Below, piece by piece: positions 13,269-25,504 of a stretch of DNA of 64,000 nucleotides (position 1 is its first letter; every line of letters begins with the position of its first letter). The notes below the pieces were generated by a model. The model was not told the DNA's origin, did no database searches, and saw only the letters and a list, made by a program, of their open reading frames with translations. The DNA comes from Octopus sinensis. Lineage: Eukaryota. The stretch covers positions 78,678,001 through 78,742,000 of the forward strand of contig NC_043008.1 of NCBI RefSeq assembly GCF_006345805.1, in the 5' to 3' direction. Made by a program: the position numbers and the translations under genes.

Positions 13269-13430
13269 TGTTTTTCGTCGCTTCCCCCTTGAAACAAGGG
13301 GGAAATAACAGCAGAACTCTGCTGCAACAGCATAAAAGAAGTGGCCTCGACGATCAAATCAGCAAATTTTCAAACTTTTCAGCACAAAAACAATCTTTCA
13401 CTGCGGAGCAAAGAATAACACAACCTATCA

Positions 13431-13540
<110 letters not shown>

Positions 13541-13719
13541 CAACTCAATTTAAGCATAACAGACTTTTTGTATTACACAGTTTTAACACAATGTTTGAAG
13601 TGTCCCAGAAAGATTTACCCATTGATATTTCTTAACTATTCAAAATAAGCTAAAGTTGGGATAATGAAATTTAGCAAAAACATTCTAATGTAAATTGTCA
13701 ATCCATTGCAGTAATTACA

Positions 13720-14620
13720 TTTCAAAATGACCACTTTTTGCCTTGATCATCATAGCCTGTAAACTAATGGTCACCTCTTAATTGTACCACCTCTTAATCC
13801 GATTTGACCCATGAAGACAAAAGGGCTTTTATCAGATCTGGCACATTTGAATAGGGGCAAGCAGAAACATTACTCTTTAAGATGAACCAGATAGCAATAT
13901 CTATGGGATTAGGGTCTGGACTTAATGGAAACCTTATCATCTTGTCTCAAAAACTACTGAAATGTTTTTTGCACCACTGCTGTGCCAAATTAGATATGTA
14001 GGTCAGAGCCCCATCTTGAGTGAAAATGCAATGGTCATAAAAGGTTTCTGTGACCTATGGCAACACTTTCTCATCCAACATTTCCACATAAACTTCACTG
14101 CTGATCTTGATGCCAGTAATGGTGAAGATCAAGAGAGGCCTGGACCCATCAGATGCAACTGCAACTCACACCATGAGTGAAATTGGCTTCTGATGGCATA
14201 AATGACTCCTGCTACCTTTAGAAAAATCTCCAGTATTATGTGCATAAAGCCTGTCATTTTACTTGTTGGTAACTGCCTCCACAGTGAAGATCTTCTCAAT
14301 GGACCAGATCAACACTTTGATAGCAGTGTACTTCATCTCAGCTAACTTAGTTTTACACCTGTCAAGCTGTTTCTTTTTGGAACCTGCTGAAATTAACTAC
14401 CAGGATTGTTTCTTGTATGCAGTTAGCTTTAAATCCTCTTTAATAGTCCTGTGCATTGACGATTTCGAAATATCAAGAACTTTTACAGTTTTTCTTGCAC
14501 TCCTGCAGGGATTTTGGTTCATTCACTTCTTCACAGCCACAAAAGTTTGCTTGGTGTGAATTGATTGTTTCCTAACAGGAATTAGCTTACTAGAGGTAGT
14601 AGAAGACTCTATATATCATT
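13720..14620 (-). pseudogene. Degraded IS630-Tc1-mariner DDD/E transposase (maT/DD37D-like)
   Basis: Manual minus-strand translation across stops and frameshifts gives EKIFTVEAV, QKPISLMV.VAVASDG, GIKISSEVYVEMLDEKVLP, FTQDGA and SPDPNPIDIAIW. Confidence 0.7.
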
Positions 14621-14984
14621 TCCAGGTGTTGAAAACTATTTTATGGCACACATTCAATTATTTTGCTATGCCCTTGTTGCTCATTTCAGCTATTTCCAAA
14701 GTAACAATCTGGTCACATTTTGCTTTTGATGCCTTGTTTGTTTACAAACCTGTTATAGATGAACAAAACAATAGACGCATGAACAAAAGACATATCCAAA
14801 TCATTATATAAAATGTAGATAATATTACCTGAACCAATATTCCTTAGGAAGAGTTTTAAACATGGGTAAATCTTAGACACCCTGTACAATAGAAATATTA
14901 ATTTCAAATTTTAGCACAAGGCCAGTAATTTCAGTAAAAGGGATAAGTCAATTACATCAATGTTCAATTGATTACACCAGTGTT

Positions 14985-15097
14985 AAGCTGGTACTTATTT
15001 TATCAACCCTGGAAGGGTGAAACACTAAATCAACCATGGCAGAATTTGAACTCAGAACGTAAAGACAGATGAAATGTTGCTAAGCATTTAGCCCAGT
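14985..15097 (-). mobile_element. Diverged partial SINE family 1 copy
   Basis: Plus-strand GGCAGAATTTGAACTCAGAACG and GCTAAGCATTT match the head/core of the 7412-7800 copy. Confidence 0.6.
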
Positions 15098-15289
15098 GAT
15101 ATACAATTAAAATATCAACACCAAATATGGTGTGGTAAGCAACAGAATTTTGAACAGGAAGTAAGGAATGCTGGATTACATGTACTGAAAACACAGAATA
15201 AATTGAAATGGTTAAAATGGCACTAAATGAAGCAGAAAACATATAAATAAACATAAGATACTAATAAATAAATTAGCCCCATGATGGTA

Positions 15290-17250
15290 GGGATTTAAAA
15301 ATTTACAGTGAAACACCTGAAATAGTCAAACTTGAAATCATCTTAACAAATGTGCACCAAGGTGATTGGTTGATGAAAAAACAAAAGATCTATTGGCTAA
15401 TCTCCTATCTCAAACTGTTATGGAAATTACTAATGGGTATTTTTTATGAGCAACGCAAGTAATCATTTGATACAGAACAAATTATTACCTATTGAATAGA
15501 AGTGGTGCAGAAAATACTCAAAATGCACCAAACACCATCTTGTAATTGGCAAAGAACAATAAAGAATTTCAAACCAAGACAGACAAACTTGTGTGTGGTG
15601 TGGGTCAACTTCAAAAAGGATTACATGATGATACACCAATCATGGATCATGGAGTCAATTAGAATGTCTGGTATAGGTGAGAAATGTATCCTCTCTCATC
15701 ATGAATGACTTAAAGATATTTGAAAACAACAAAAATTCAGTTCTGAAAATAAAAAAAAGGAATGGAATTTGGTATATCAAAATGCATGACTTTAGCCATG
15801 GACAGAAGGAAGAGTAAACATTTTTGGGCCAGAGTTGATAGAATGAGTTGAAGTCAGTTCTTTATCATATATTTATTGTTACTTTAGGAAGAAAAACCAT
15901 ATATCAGTCCTGTTGCGCAAAAAGAAGAAAGAATAGAAAAACAAGGTTTGTTTAGCAAAATCATGGAGGGATTTTTCTGTGTGGTTAGTTAGAGTAGTGT
16001 TCATATTTTGCTAGTAGTCAGGTTTGTTAAAACAGAATCAGCCAAAATTATTCACATGATAGAAGTTCTGTCAGCCTTCTTGAGATAGTATCAGCTACAA
16101 AAAGAATTTTATTTAGTCATACTTTATTGCTCACAACTCTATCAACTTCTAAAGCTTTTACTTGTCAATAGCATGTTATCTTCCAGACAGATTAACAAGA
16201 ATGAGCTTGCTACCTACTGCACAACTTAATCACCAAATCTGTTTTAACCAGATTCCAAGAATTCCTACTTGTTTATAAAGGAAATCATTGGTCAAGTTTT
16301 TGCTGTTGTCATTCAAAGAATTTGATGCCCAATTTTTGGCACTCATGTAGTTAGAGGGGGGAGGGACAGTGGGGGCAGTCTGCTCCTGGCAGTGCTTTTA
16401 TAGGGGTAGCACCACTTTTGGGTCTGCTGTAGGTAATATGTATGTTTTGTGGAGGACCAGGGGTGGCAAACTGAAGGACCATTCCAGGTAGCACACTCTC
16501 TAATTACGCTAGTGATTGTTGGGTATCATTATTTAGAATTTTCATGACATTATCACTCAATTTGAAAAATACCGTTTTGCTGTTTACTAGATTCTTGGTG
16601 AAAAAATGAAACCAGGTCCAGCTTGAGGCACAAACCTGCCACATTTTAATGGAATAGTCCTATCTGAAGAAGGGATTTTTAAAACTTGATTGCAACGGTT
16701 AGAAGTATCTAGACATACTGAAACTTTATGAGTTTATGCATAAGGAAATAAAGAACAAGTGGAAATAATATATCTGAAATATATACAGCTAGTATTGAAG
16801 TCCAAACTAAATTCAAGCAATTTAATAAATGTGATTATGACATGGGGAGTGGCCATCATGCATTACTGTTCTGGAATTGTGAATTAGATGTAAAGAAGAA
16901 ATAGATGCATCAGACAGAAAATGAGAAAAACTCTAGCTCACATGGAGCACTTAATCTAAAGCCATTTATAGATGAAATGGAAGATTAGAGGGAAAAGTCT
17001 TCTTAGTATTTCTGATTGTGTAAGTAGATGAAGTGCAAAAGTCAATAAACCATTACTTTGCAAAAACTGAATAAGAACTACTGAAATATTATGTAACTAG
17101 GACTTACTTGTTTTGAACTTGAAGAGAAGGGAGCATAACAAAGTAGGATAATTTGGGAAAGAATGAAAGCATTAGCATAAGTGTACTTACACATAATTCT
17201 ACAGGAACTCTAACTAGGTTATAAAAATGTCACAACTCTTCAATGAAGAA
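15290..17250 (+). mobile_element. Heavily degraded R4/Dong-like (RLE-type) LINE RT region, interrupted
   Basis: Remnant motifs LWKLLMGIF, NLCVVWVNFKKDYMMIHQSWIMES (cf. WxDYKKAYDxxPHSWI) and LKSKLNSSNLINVIMTWGV...DRK.RK. Coordinates approximate. Confidence 0.55.
16342..16512. mobile_element. Short MITE-like insert with imperfect inverted ends
   Basis: TGTAGTTAGAGGG at the left end and CTCTCTAATTACG at the right end; GC-richer than the flanks. Confidence 0.35.
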
Positions 17251-17254
17251 CATT

Positions 17255-17430
17255 CAGCAATGACAGTGGATTTTCTGAGATATAGATGGACACAAGAAGG
17301 GACCTGATCCCTTTTTCTGAAAACAAAACAATCTCAATCCCAGATACAAACTGGAAGTGACTCACTTCCGACAAGTTGTGAAAACTAATACTAAATAGTA
17401 ATACAGTAGACTTATCATTGGAGATAACAC
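17255..17430. repeat. ~180-bp segment duplicated at 19595-19770
   Basis: GAAGAACATTCAGC.ATGACAGTGG.TTTTCTGAGATATAGATGGACACAA...CTCACTTCCGACAA...GTAGACTTATC.TTGGAGATAACA occurs in both places. Confidence 0.85.
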
Positions 17431-17779
17431 TCCACCTCCATAAACCATGGGGTATTTACTGAACAATGCAAAAGAAATATAAATATTGACTCTACAGATA
17501 ACAGACACACTGCAACAGTACAACTATTTACTCAGATACTCACCAGCACCCTCAAGTAAAATAATTCTGGTAATCAGTCACTCTAATTGACTAGACTTAG
17601 TTTTCAACTTAACAGATCTAACATGTCCGTCTCTTTCTTTCACTACCTCCTGTACTACTGCCATAGACCATAAATTCCTTGGAGTGTTTTCTCCTGACAT
17701 CAGCTCCCCACCATATGAGAAGCTGCTGGTGGGTTAAAAAGCCAATCTATGTTTCAATTCAATGCATAAGCTTGGATAT

Positions 17780-18950
17780 CGGTTTAAGATAACTCCTGTA
17801 AACCCCTTTTTAACTTAGCTGTAGCCCCAACAAAGTTTGTACCATTGTCTGAGTAAACCTTCTCTGGGTGACCCCTTCTAGATATAAATGTGCGAAAACA
17901 ATTGATGAAAGATTTGGTGTCTAAACTATGTAACATCTCAATATGTACTGCTCTAGTCACAAGATATGTGAACATACAACCATAATGCTCTACTTCTGAA
18001 TGGTTGACTTTGACCATGAAATGTCCAAAGACATCTACACCAATGTATGTAAATGGAGGTTTATCTGATTCAACTTTCTCCCTGGGTAGATTTACCATAA
18101 TTTGAGAAGCTGGTTTGGCAAATAACTTCCTACAAACAACACATGAACAGATAACTTTCTTGACAACAGATCTGTCACCTGTAATCCAATAATGCTGTCT
18201 GATAAGTCATAAAGTTCATTCTCTCCCTACATGAGCTTTTCTGTGAAAATGAGCAGCAATACACTCAGTAATGACATGTTTACCTGACACTATAACCAGA
18301 TTCTTGATTTCAGCTGTAGACTCAACCAATCTACCACCTACCCTGAGAATACTAGCATCATCCAGAAACGGGTGGAGTGACCTGAGGGACTGGATTTGCT
18401 GATACATTTTTTCTCAATAATCTATCTAATTCATCTTCATAATGTATTTGCTGAGCTCTCATGATCAGAGGCAACTATGCATGCTGGATTTCTTCAACAC
18501 ATATTTTTGCTCATCTGTAGGATTCATACTACCTACCTGAAGAGTATTGCACATCCTAATTGGGTTTTTTCTGATCTCCATCTCACCCAATAACAATTCC
18601 CCAATATTCTTGTATGGTTGCCATTCATTAGTTTTGTGTTGCCTCAAGAAGGTGGGTCCACGAACCAAACTTGCTATCTAACCTGCTAAACACCAGATCT
18701 TGACTAACAATGTACACAGGATTGTTTCTGCTTGATACATAATGCCACTGATTAGGTTGTGACCCTTCTCTGATAAGACTAACTTTATTTTCTATAAATA
18801 TCTGGAACTGTTTGGTTTCATTTATAATGTATCCCATAATTCAATCACTGAATGATCATCTTGTGACCAACCAACTTCATTAATCCCCTCGTTTTCCAAT
18901 TTCCATAATTTATGTATGTCATTTGTAACTACAGGGGGTGACATAGTAAC
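17780..18950 (-). mobile_element. BEL/Pao LTR retrotransposon pol fragment (RNase H-integrase region)
   Basis: QWHYVSSRNNP, GPTFL, LHPFLD...ILRVGGRL, PFTYIGVDVFG, TRAVHIE, FISRRG.P..VYSDNGTNFVGA. Confidence 0.85.
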
Positions 18951-19781
18951 AAAGTTAGATATGACTTGACGACTAACCTTTTTAACCGGTGATTGGTCAT
19001 TGCTACACCAACTTTACTTTTCAACTGCTTTTCAATGACTTGGGAGTCTTATGCAAAATTTTTTCTACTGTTGCTGCTTCATGTAGAAATCTAGGCAAGT
19101 GGGGTCACAATCACCACCGCGATAACAAAGACAAACATTGGTTTTCATTTTTTGGAGCCATTTATTTTCTTCTCGTACATAACATCATGCAGGTGTACTG
19201 CGTGTATATACAAATGTATCGCAAGTGTATGGTAGACTACAAAATAAGAAAACTACAAAATAAGACAAACTAAGATAAAAATTATTTGAACAGGGTTTTA
19301 CTGATATTTGACTTCCTGATATACAGCTTTCTTGTGACAAAGTTTGATTGCAAAATACATTTAACATGTTTATTATAACTGATACACACGTGGGTGAAAA
19401 GAACCGAGTGAGGAAAAAATGATACATACACTGAAACACTTTCACCTATGGATATACAATTATCTATGCCTCATTATATGTCTCAGGTTAATGTAAGGAA
19501 AACAACTAGATATATTTAAATTATCTTACAAAAACTTTGTCAGTTCATCATTCTGGAAGCAGCAATGGTACAAAACCATGTTCGCAGTAACATGAAATAA
19601 CCAGAGAAGAACATTCAGCGATGACAGTGGGTTTTCTGAGATATAGATGGACACAAAAAGGGACCTCACCCCTTTTTCTGGAAACAAAACAACCTCGATG
19701 CCAGATGCAAACCGGAAGTGGCTCACTTCCGACAAATAGTAATATAGTAGACTTATCGTTGGAGATAACAGTTACTTCATA

Positions 19782-20014
19782 TAAGGCAGCGAACTGGCAG
19801 AACCGTTAGCACGCCGAGCAAAATACGTAGCTGTATTTCGTCTGCCGTTACGTTCTGAGTTCAAATTCCGCCGAGGTCGACTTTGCCTTTCATCCTTTCG
19901 GGGTCGATAAATTAAGTACCAGTTACACACTGGGGTTGATGTAATCAACTTAATCCATTTGTCTGTCCTTGTTTGTCCCCTCTATGTTTAGCTCCCTGTG
20001 GGTAATAAAGAAAC
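19782..20014 (+). mobile_element. SINE family 1 monomer with Tx1-type tail and 19-bp TSD
   Basis: Full head, core and tail GTCCTTGTTTGTCCCCTCTATGTTTAG...GGGTAATAAAGAAA. Exact TSD AGATAACAGTTACTTCATA at 19763-19781 and 20015-20033. Confidence 0.9.
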
Positions 20015-20329
20015 AGATAACAGTTACTTCATAAGAAAATATGAATGCAGCAGTTCCAACAAGTGATCAAGAGTGCACCAGAAAAAGCTCTAAATAAACT
20101 TGGTACACAAAAATTCTATAATAAACCCAAATTTCTATAACTGAACACTATTGAACAGATACCATTATGCATGACATCAAAAAACTGTTGCACTTCCTCC
20201 AAACAAAAACATAAGCAGATATTAAATTAAGAATAGACATATCAGGAATGTGAGAATGTCCAACAACAAAAGTGAAAGTAATATCTATAACTGTCAGAGC
20301 ATTCGATTCAATTAATAAAAACCTATCAT

Positions 20330-20450
20330 ACACCTGAAATGGTTAGATGTCAAAACAGACGTATCTACTCAAAAATCGACCTTCCTTGGAACAGCTCATA
20401 TTCTTAAGAAGATATTTTCTAAGGATTTATTTAAGGCTTGACATAAAAGG
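20330..20450 (+). mobile_element. R4/Dong-like LINE C-terminal remnant
   Basis: Encodes QKSTFLGTAHILKKIF, the typical R4-like ORF end. Confidence 0.55.
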
Positions 20451-20479
20451 AAAAAACAGTAGAAAGGGTCATAGCTCAA

Positions 20480-22925
20480 TTATTTAGGAAGAGAGTTAGT
20501 GTTGATGAGATGCAGTCCAGATTTGTAGTGGGTAGGAGCACAATTGATGCTATATGCCTGGTTAGGCAACTGCAGGAGAAGTAATTAGCCTGTAGCGGAT
20601 TCTCTCTCTCTGTTATGTATACATGAATACGGACGTAGTAGATAACAGCTAGCCTTCGGCCACTCCTTTGAACCCTGTTGTGTCCACTACTCTGATTGGT
20701 TGGTATTGGTGCAATCTATTATGCACCAATGTGCTACCCAACCAATCACAGCCTTCTGACAAGACAGTCTCTTCCAAACAATCTGGTGAACCAATAGCGT
20801 GGTATAAAATGCTAGTTTCAACACCATATTTCGTCTTTCGGTTCTAGACCTTCTAAGGTCTAACCACTGACCACAGCCAGTTCCAGTGACAACACCAGCA
20901 GCCACATTGGAGACTCAACATTCGTCCAACAGCATACAGCAATCTCCATCTCCGTCACCTTCATCTTAACGTCATCAACAATATCTCTCTACATACACAG
21001 TGACCAGCAACATTTGCTCAGGTTCATTTCAACACTTCATGAATCACTTCACCATGGTTAACAGCAAATACAACCTGTGAGAACTTCCTGTATCAAGTGA
21101 CCAGCTGCAGCATAGTAACCACAGCTTCCTGCACGACATGTGCCTCAACCGGCTCTGCTTCTTTGCCATAAGTTCTTGTTACAGCAATTCAGCTATTGTG
21201 TACCTTTGCTACGAACTGGTATTTATCATCCTTGTGTCTGAACATTCTTCTAGCGTCCTATTATAGACTCTTTCAATACTCTGTATTTAATGTACACACA
21301 TACACATTATGTATACATGACGACATGTCTATTATTGTTATTATTATGCATATATGACACACACACACAGACACACATATTAACCTATCAATAAAATCTT
21401 CTCTTAACATTCTACCGGTTGTGTCTCTCTTTTCCTTCTGGCACTTGGACTCATTTATCACTTTTCGTATTTTATTGTAAACGATCGTGCGGTGTACTAA
21501 AGGAGCCATTCACGTCACCTATCCTTTGCACAGTCGTTCTACAAGCCAAAAATAAACTTCTGTACTTAGCTGTTGTTGACATGGAGAAAGCCTTTGACAG
21601 GGTTCAATGCTCCCTTATCTGGTGGTCAATGCAGAAGTTAGGGATAGATAAATGGTTAGTGAGAGCAGTACATGGATGCTGCCAGTAAGGTGAATGTTGG
21701 CAATGAGTATAGCAATGAATATAGCAAAAGAATATACAGGTAGGAGTGTAACAATGAAATCAGTGTACAATGTACAAGGCTCAGTTCTCAGTCCTCTCAT
21801 GTTTATCTTAGCCCTCCGAGCCTTAACAGAGGAATTCAAGACCAACTGTCCCTGAGAGCTCCTCTACATTGATGACCAGTTTCTTATAGCTGAATCACTA
21901 CCTGACCTAGAAAAGAAATTTCAGATGTGGAAACAAGACCAAAATCCTAGTAAGGAGGAGAGCAGACAAACCACAAGTCCCTTCTGGGAGATATAAGACG
22001 GTGTTGGTAGAAGCTCCATATGTTGTACCCAGTGCAAGATTTGAACATATAAGCGATGTAGAGGTATCACAAGAAGGTTGATGAAGAATATAGTCTTTGT
22101 GTGTGGTAAATGTGCATTAAAAATGTGCAGACAATAGGCTCCCTCACATGCTTGGGGGGATCATAAGAAGTAGTAGATAGCTTCTGTTACCTAGGAGACT
22201 AAGTTAGGTGGAAGAAGTTCTGAAAGTGTGGTTGCTAGGATAAGAACAGGCTGGGCAAAGTTCAGAGAGCTTCTACATTTGCTGGTAACTCCCTCAGAGT
22301 ACATGCAACAATATTACATGACAGTGAAACATAGGCTTTGACTACAGTGGGCTTGCAAAAGCTTGAAAGAAATAAAGCTAGCATGTTCCACTGGATAGAT
22401 AATGTCAGTGTGCATATATAAATGACAGAGTATAAATGATTTGAGAGGAAAACTGGGTATAAGAGGCAGCAGACGTTGTATGCAAGAAAGTAGGCTGTGC
22501 TGGTTTGGTCATGTGATGCATATGGGTGAGGACAGCTGCGTAAAGAAGTGCCATGCTCTAATTGTGGAGGGTACTAATAGAAGGGGTAGACCAAGGAAGA
22601 TGTGGAACTAAGTGGTAAGAAAGGATCTTTGGATACTGGGCCTCACTGAGGAAAAGATAAGGGATCAGGAATTGTGGTGATTTACTGTACTTGATAAGAT
22701 GCATCAAGCTAAGTAAAATTCTGTCGGGTACCAGTGCCACTTAAATAGCACTTGTGCTGGTGCTGCATAAACGCACCCATGCCAGTGGCATGTAAAAAGC
22801 ATTTAGCACTCTCTGTTAAATGGCTGGCATTAGGAAGGGCATCCAGCTGTAGGAACCATGCCACAACAGACAGTTGAAGTCTTGACAACTCCCTGCTAAC
22901 CAGCTCCATGATGATGACAATGATG
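20480..22925 (+). mobile_element. Degraded RTE-clade LINE (RT to 3' end) split by a solo LTR
   Basis: RQLQEK*LA is followed after the LTR by (A)KNKLLYLAVVDMEKAFDRV...LIWWSMQKLGIDKWLVRAV. The 3'UTR has GGCATTAGGAAGGGCATCCAGC and a (GAT)n-like tail. Confidence 0.8.
20591..21543 (+). mobile_element. Solo LTR (953 bp) with 4-bp TSD
   Basis: TGTAG...CTACA termini; AGCC duplicated at 20587-20590 and 21544-21547. CCAAT at 20726, 20742 and 20791, TATAAAA at 20803, AATAAA at 21390. Removing it restores the RTE reading frame context. Confidence 0.9.
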
Positions 22926-22964
22926 AATCTGACTGGTCAATCTAAGCAGGAAATCGCATTATTT

Positions 22965-23420
22965 CTTTTTCTTCATCATCATCAATCATTCGATGTCCGT
23001 AGTTCCATGTTAGCAAGCTGGGGAGTTGCACCAGACTCCAGTCTGATTTGGCAGGGCTTCTATGGCTCCAGTCTGATTTGGAGTGGTTTCTATGGCTGGA
23101 TGCCCTTCCAAATGCCATCCACTTTACAGAGTGTGCTGGGTGCTATTATGTGGCATCACACAGGTGGTTTTGTATGGTGCTGCACAGGTGCTTTAACGTG
23201 ACACTGCCATGAGTGATTTTCACTACCAAAGGAACTGGTCTTCATACTGCTGCTGTAGAATACGGGTCTTCTTGAGTACAGCAAGGCTCCAGGCATTTCA
23301 GTCCTTTGTTATCTCACCTGAAAGGTTCAGCATCCTGAGGTCATTCTTCAGGTACTTCATTTCATGTCTTCCTGGGTCTCCCACTTTCATGTTTCATCTA
23401 CTTTGAGAAATCGCTACTTC
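22965..23420 (-). mobile_element. RTE LINE 3' terminal fragment
   Basis: (TCA)n tail, GGATGCCCTTCC motif and a 31-bp internal tandem duplication CTCCAGTCTGATTTGG. Confidence 0.7.
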
Positions 23421-23454
23421 TTTATGGAGATGTTGGCATTCTTTAGCTTACTAA

Positions 23455-23828
23455 CCAACCACATGGTTCCGGGTTCAGTCCCACTGCGTGGCATCTTGGG
23501 CAAGTGTCTTCTGCTATAGCCCCGGGCCGACCAATGCCTTGTGAGTGGATTTGGTAGACGGAAACTGAAAGAAGCCTGTCATATATATGTATATATATAT
23601 GTGTGTATGTGTGTGTGTTTGTGTGTCTGTGTTTGTCCCCCTAGCATTGCTTGACAACCGATGCTGGTGTGTTTACGTCCCTGTCACTTAGCGGTTCGGC
23701 AAAAAAGACCGATAGAATAAGTACTGGGCTTACAAACAATAAGTCCCGGGGTCGATTTGCTCGACTAAAGGCGGTGCTCCAGCATGGCCGCAGTCAAATG
23801 ACTGAAACAAGTAAAAGAGTAAAAGAGA
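23455..23828 (+). mobile_element. SINE family 2, near full length
   Basis: tRNA-like B box GGGTTCAGTCCC, internal TA/TG microsatellite and tail GACTGAAACAAGTAAAAGAGTAAAAGAG. Near-identical to 4536-4821. Confidence 0.85.
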
Positions 23829-23845
23829 TATGTGTGTGTGTGTAT

Positions 23846-23946
23846 TGTTATATAGCACGTTCAAAAGGCGTACCTTTGTCAATGATGTACCTCTACTCAA
23901 CTACTGAACTCAGATTTCCAATGACTCAACTCAACAGAACTGAACA
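23846..23946 (-). mobile_element. Gypsy LTR remnant homologous to 31347-31445
   Basis: By hand alignment 82 of 100 positions match the 5' LTR at 31347; many differences look like CpG decay. It lacks ~60 bp present in the other copy. Confidence 0.8.
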
Positions 23947-25500
23947 TAGAGGGGGACAAACAAGGACAGACAGGACACCACAGAAGGGTCAATACATAGA
24001 ACGCATATGAATGAAATGATTATATAATAATGAAATTATGAATGGTTGCATATGCCCCTCATCACATACAGTACCATTAATCTTGTTTACAATCAATTAT
24101 TATCGGATATTTAAATAACAATTAACTAACATGTAACATACCATTGCAAGTCACCAATCCATGTATTATCCCGCGGTCCACATCGGATTCCTGATGCATT
24201 GTCTTTCCAATAAAAACAGTCTTATTACTCGCTATCCATTGACAGAGGGCTATCACATCACTCCGGTCGATTACTGGTTCCACCTTTTCAAACTCAACTT
24301 CAAACTGTACCGTTCCCATGTCGTACCTGTTTTTCAACTCTTCATAGCAATTCAGTTCTATTATTATTGCTTTAGTACCATCCTTAGGTAATTTAACCCA
24401 TATTACTGACTTCATTTTCAGGATCTCTGTTTCCGTATGTATATTCTTATGGTACTCTACATAATACCATCTCTTCTTCATCTGATTTTCACCTCCTCTT
24501 TCATTCCTTTTTACTTCACCTCTCTTCAATCTCACCTCCGGAGGAGAAATTTTCAAACTTTCCTCTTCTGTTTTTCTTGTCACCATTTTTTCTCCGTTAC
24601 TTCCCATCGCCTCTTTTTTCTTTTTGAGCTTCTCTGGTGGAGAACCCCTTCTACATTTTCTTTTCCGTGGTTTCACCTCCACTAATTCCTCTTTTGTATC
24701 CACTGTTTCAGTTCCTTCTACACATTCCACCACGTTTGCCTCTCTCTGCGTCGAACTCTCCTCCCTCTCTTTTTCCTTGTTTTGAGGGCAGTCCGCTTTT
24801 TTTGTGTCCTCTTTTGCTACACAAAACACATTACAAAGGCCTGCCCTCTACCACCACATTCAGCTTGTTTCCTTCGGGCAGTACTATTTCTTCAATTATG
24901 GAATTCAGGTCTTCCAGGGTGGCTTGAATTTTCATTTCTAGCCCATAAATTCAACTTTGGAGTTCTTGTTGCCTTTAATATTTTCAGACTCTGTTTCACA
25001 TGGAACAAGACTGCCGCCATAATCCACGTCTCGTCATATTCAGGTGAGATTTTACCCACCTTTACTCTCGCCATTCTTTTCCCACAGTAACTCGGTAGGA
25101 AAGCCCACTCGTCATTCCTAATCGCGTCTACTGCACGCTCTGCTGCTACTTCCTCAGATGCGAACAGGACTTCTACCACTCCGAGCTTCTGACTTCTTGT
25201 TACAAAAGTCGTCAGGTATTTAATATCTTTGAGTGCCTTTTCTACTCTCAGTCGTTGTGGTTTCAATTTTTCTTGTGGATAATCTTAAAGTCTTATACAG
25301 GACCGTTCTTTTTTGTAAACTTTACAAAAATTCCTTTGGCAGTACCAGAGAGAGTGCTGTTCCTTGATTCGTTGACAATTTTCCACTTTCTTTAATTCTG
25401 TCTGTTTCTACCTTTACGTCCATCACTGTTAACGAGGGCCACCGCTGCATAGCTCTGGCTCAAGGTATTCAAGTTCTCCATTATACAATTGAATTGCTCT
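23947..25500 (-). mobile_element. ORF1-only Tx1-derived element a (HAL1-like)
   Basis: ATG at 25481 (MENLNTLSQSYAAV), LGVVEVLFASEE...FLPSYCGKR, and a degenerate knuckle C..C.KRGHKKADC. The stop at 24122 is followed by a ~180-bp UTR and the TGTCTGTCCTTGTTTGTCCCCCTCTA tail; no EN or RT. Confidence 0.75.
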
Positions 25501-25504
25501 ATGC

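Larger units (their letters stand above)
8074..13430 (-). mobile_element. Apparently full-length (~5.36 kb) Tx1-clade (L1 superfamily) non-LTR retrotransposon, disrupted
   Basis: Contains a 5'UTR, ORF1 with a CCHC knuckle, ORF2 with APE endonuclease, RT and C-terminal cysteine motif, and a 3'UTR ending AATAAAGAAATA. Flanked by GA tracts on both sides. Confidence 0.9.

Noticed and set aside
19526-19735. ORF MSEVSHFRFASG... as a host exon
   Set aside because: It lies in a segment duplicated at 17255 with frame-breaking differences, and has no convincing splice sites or homology.
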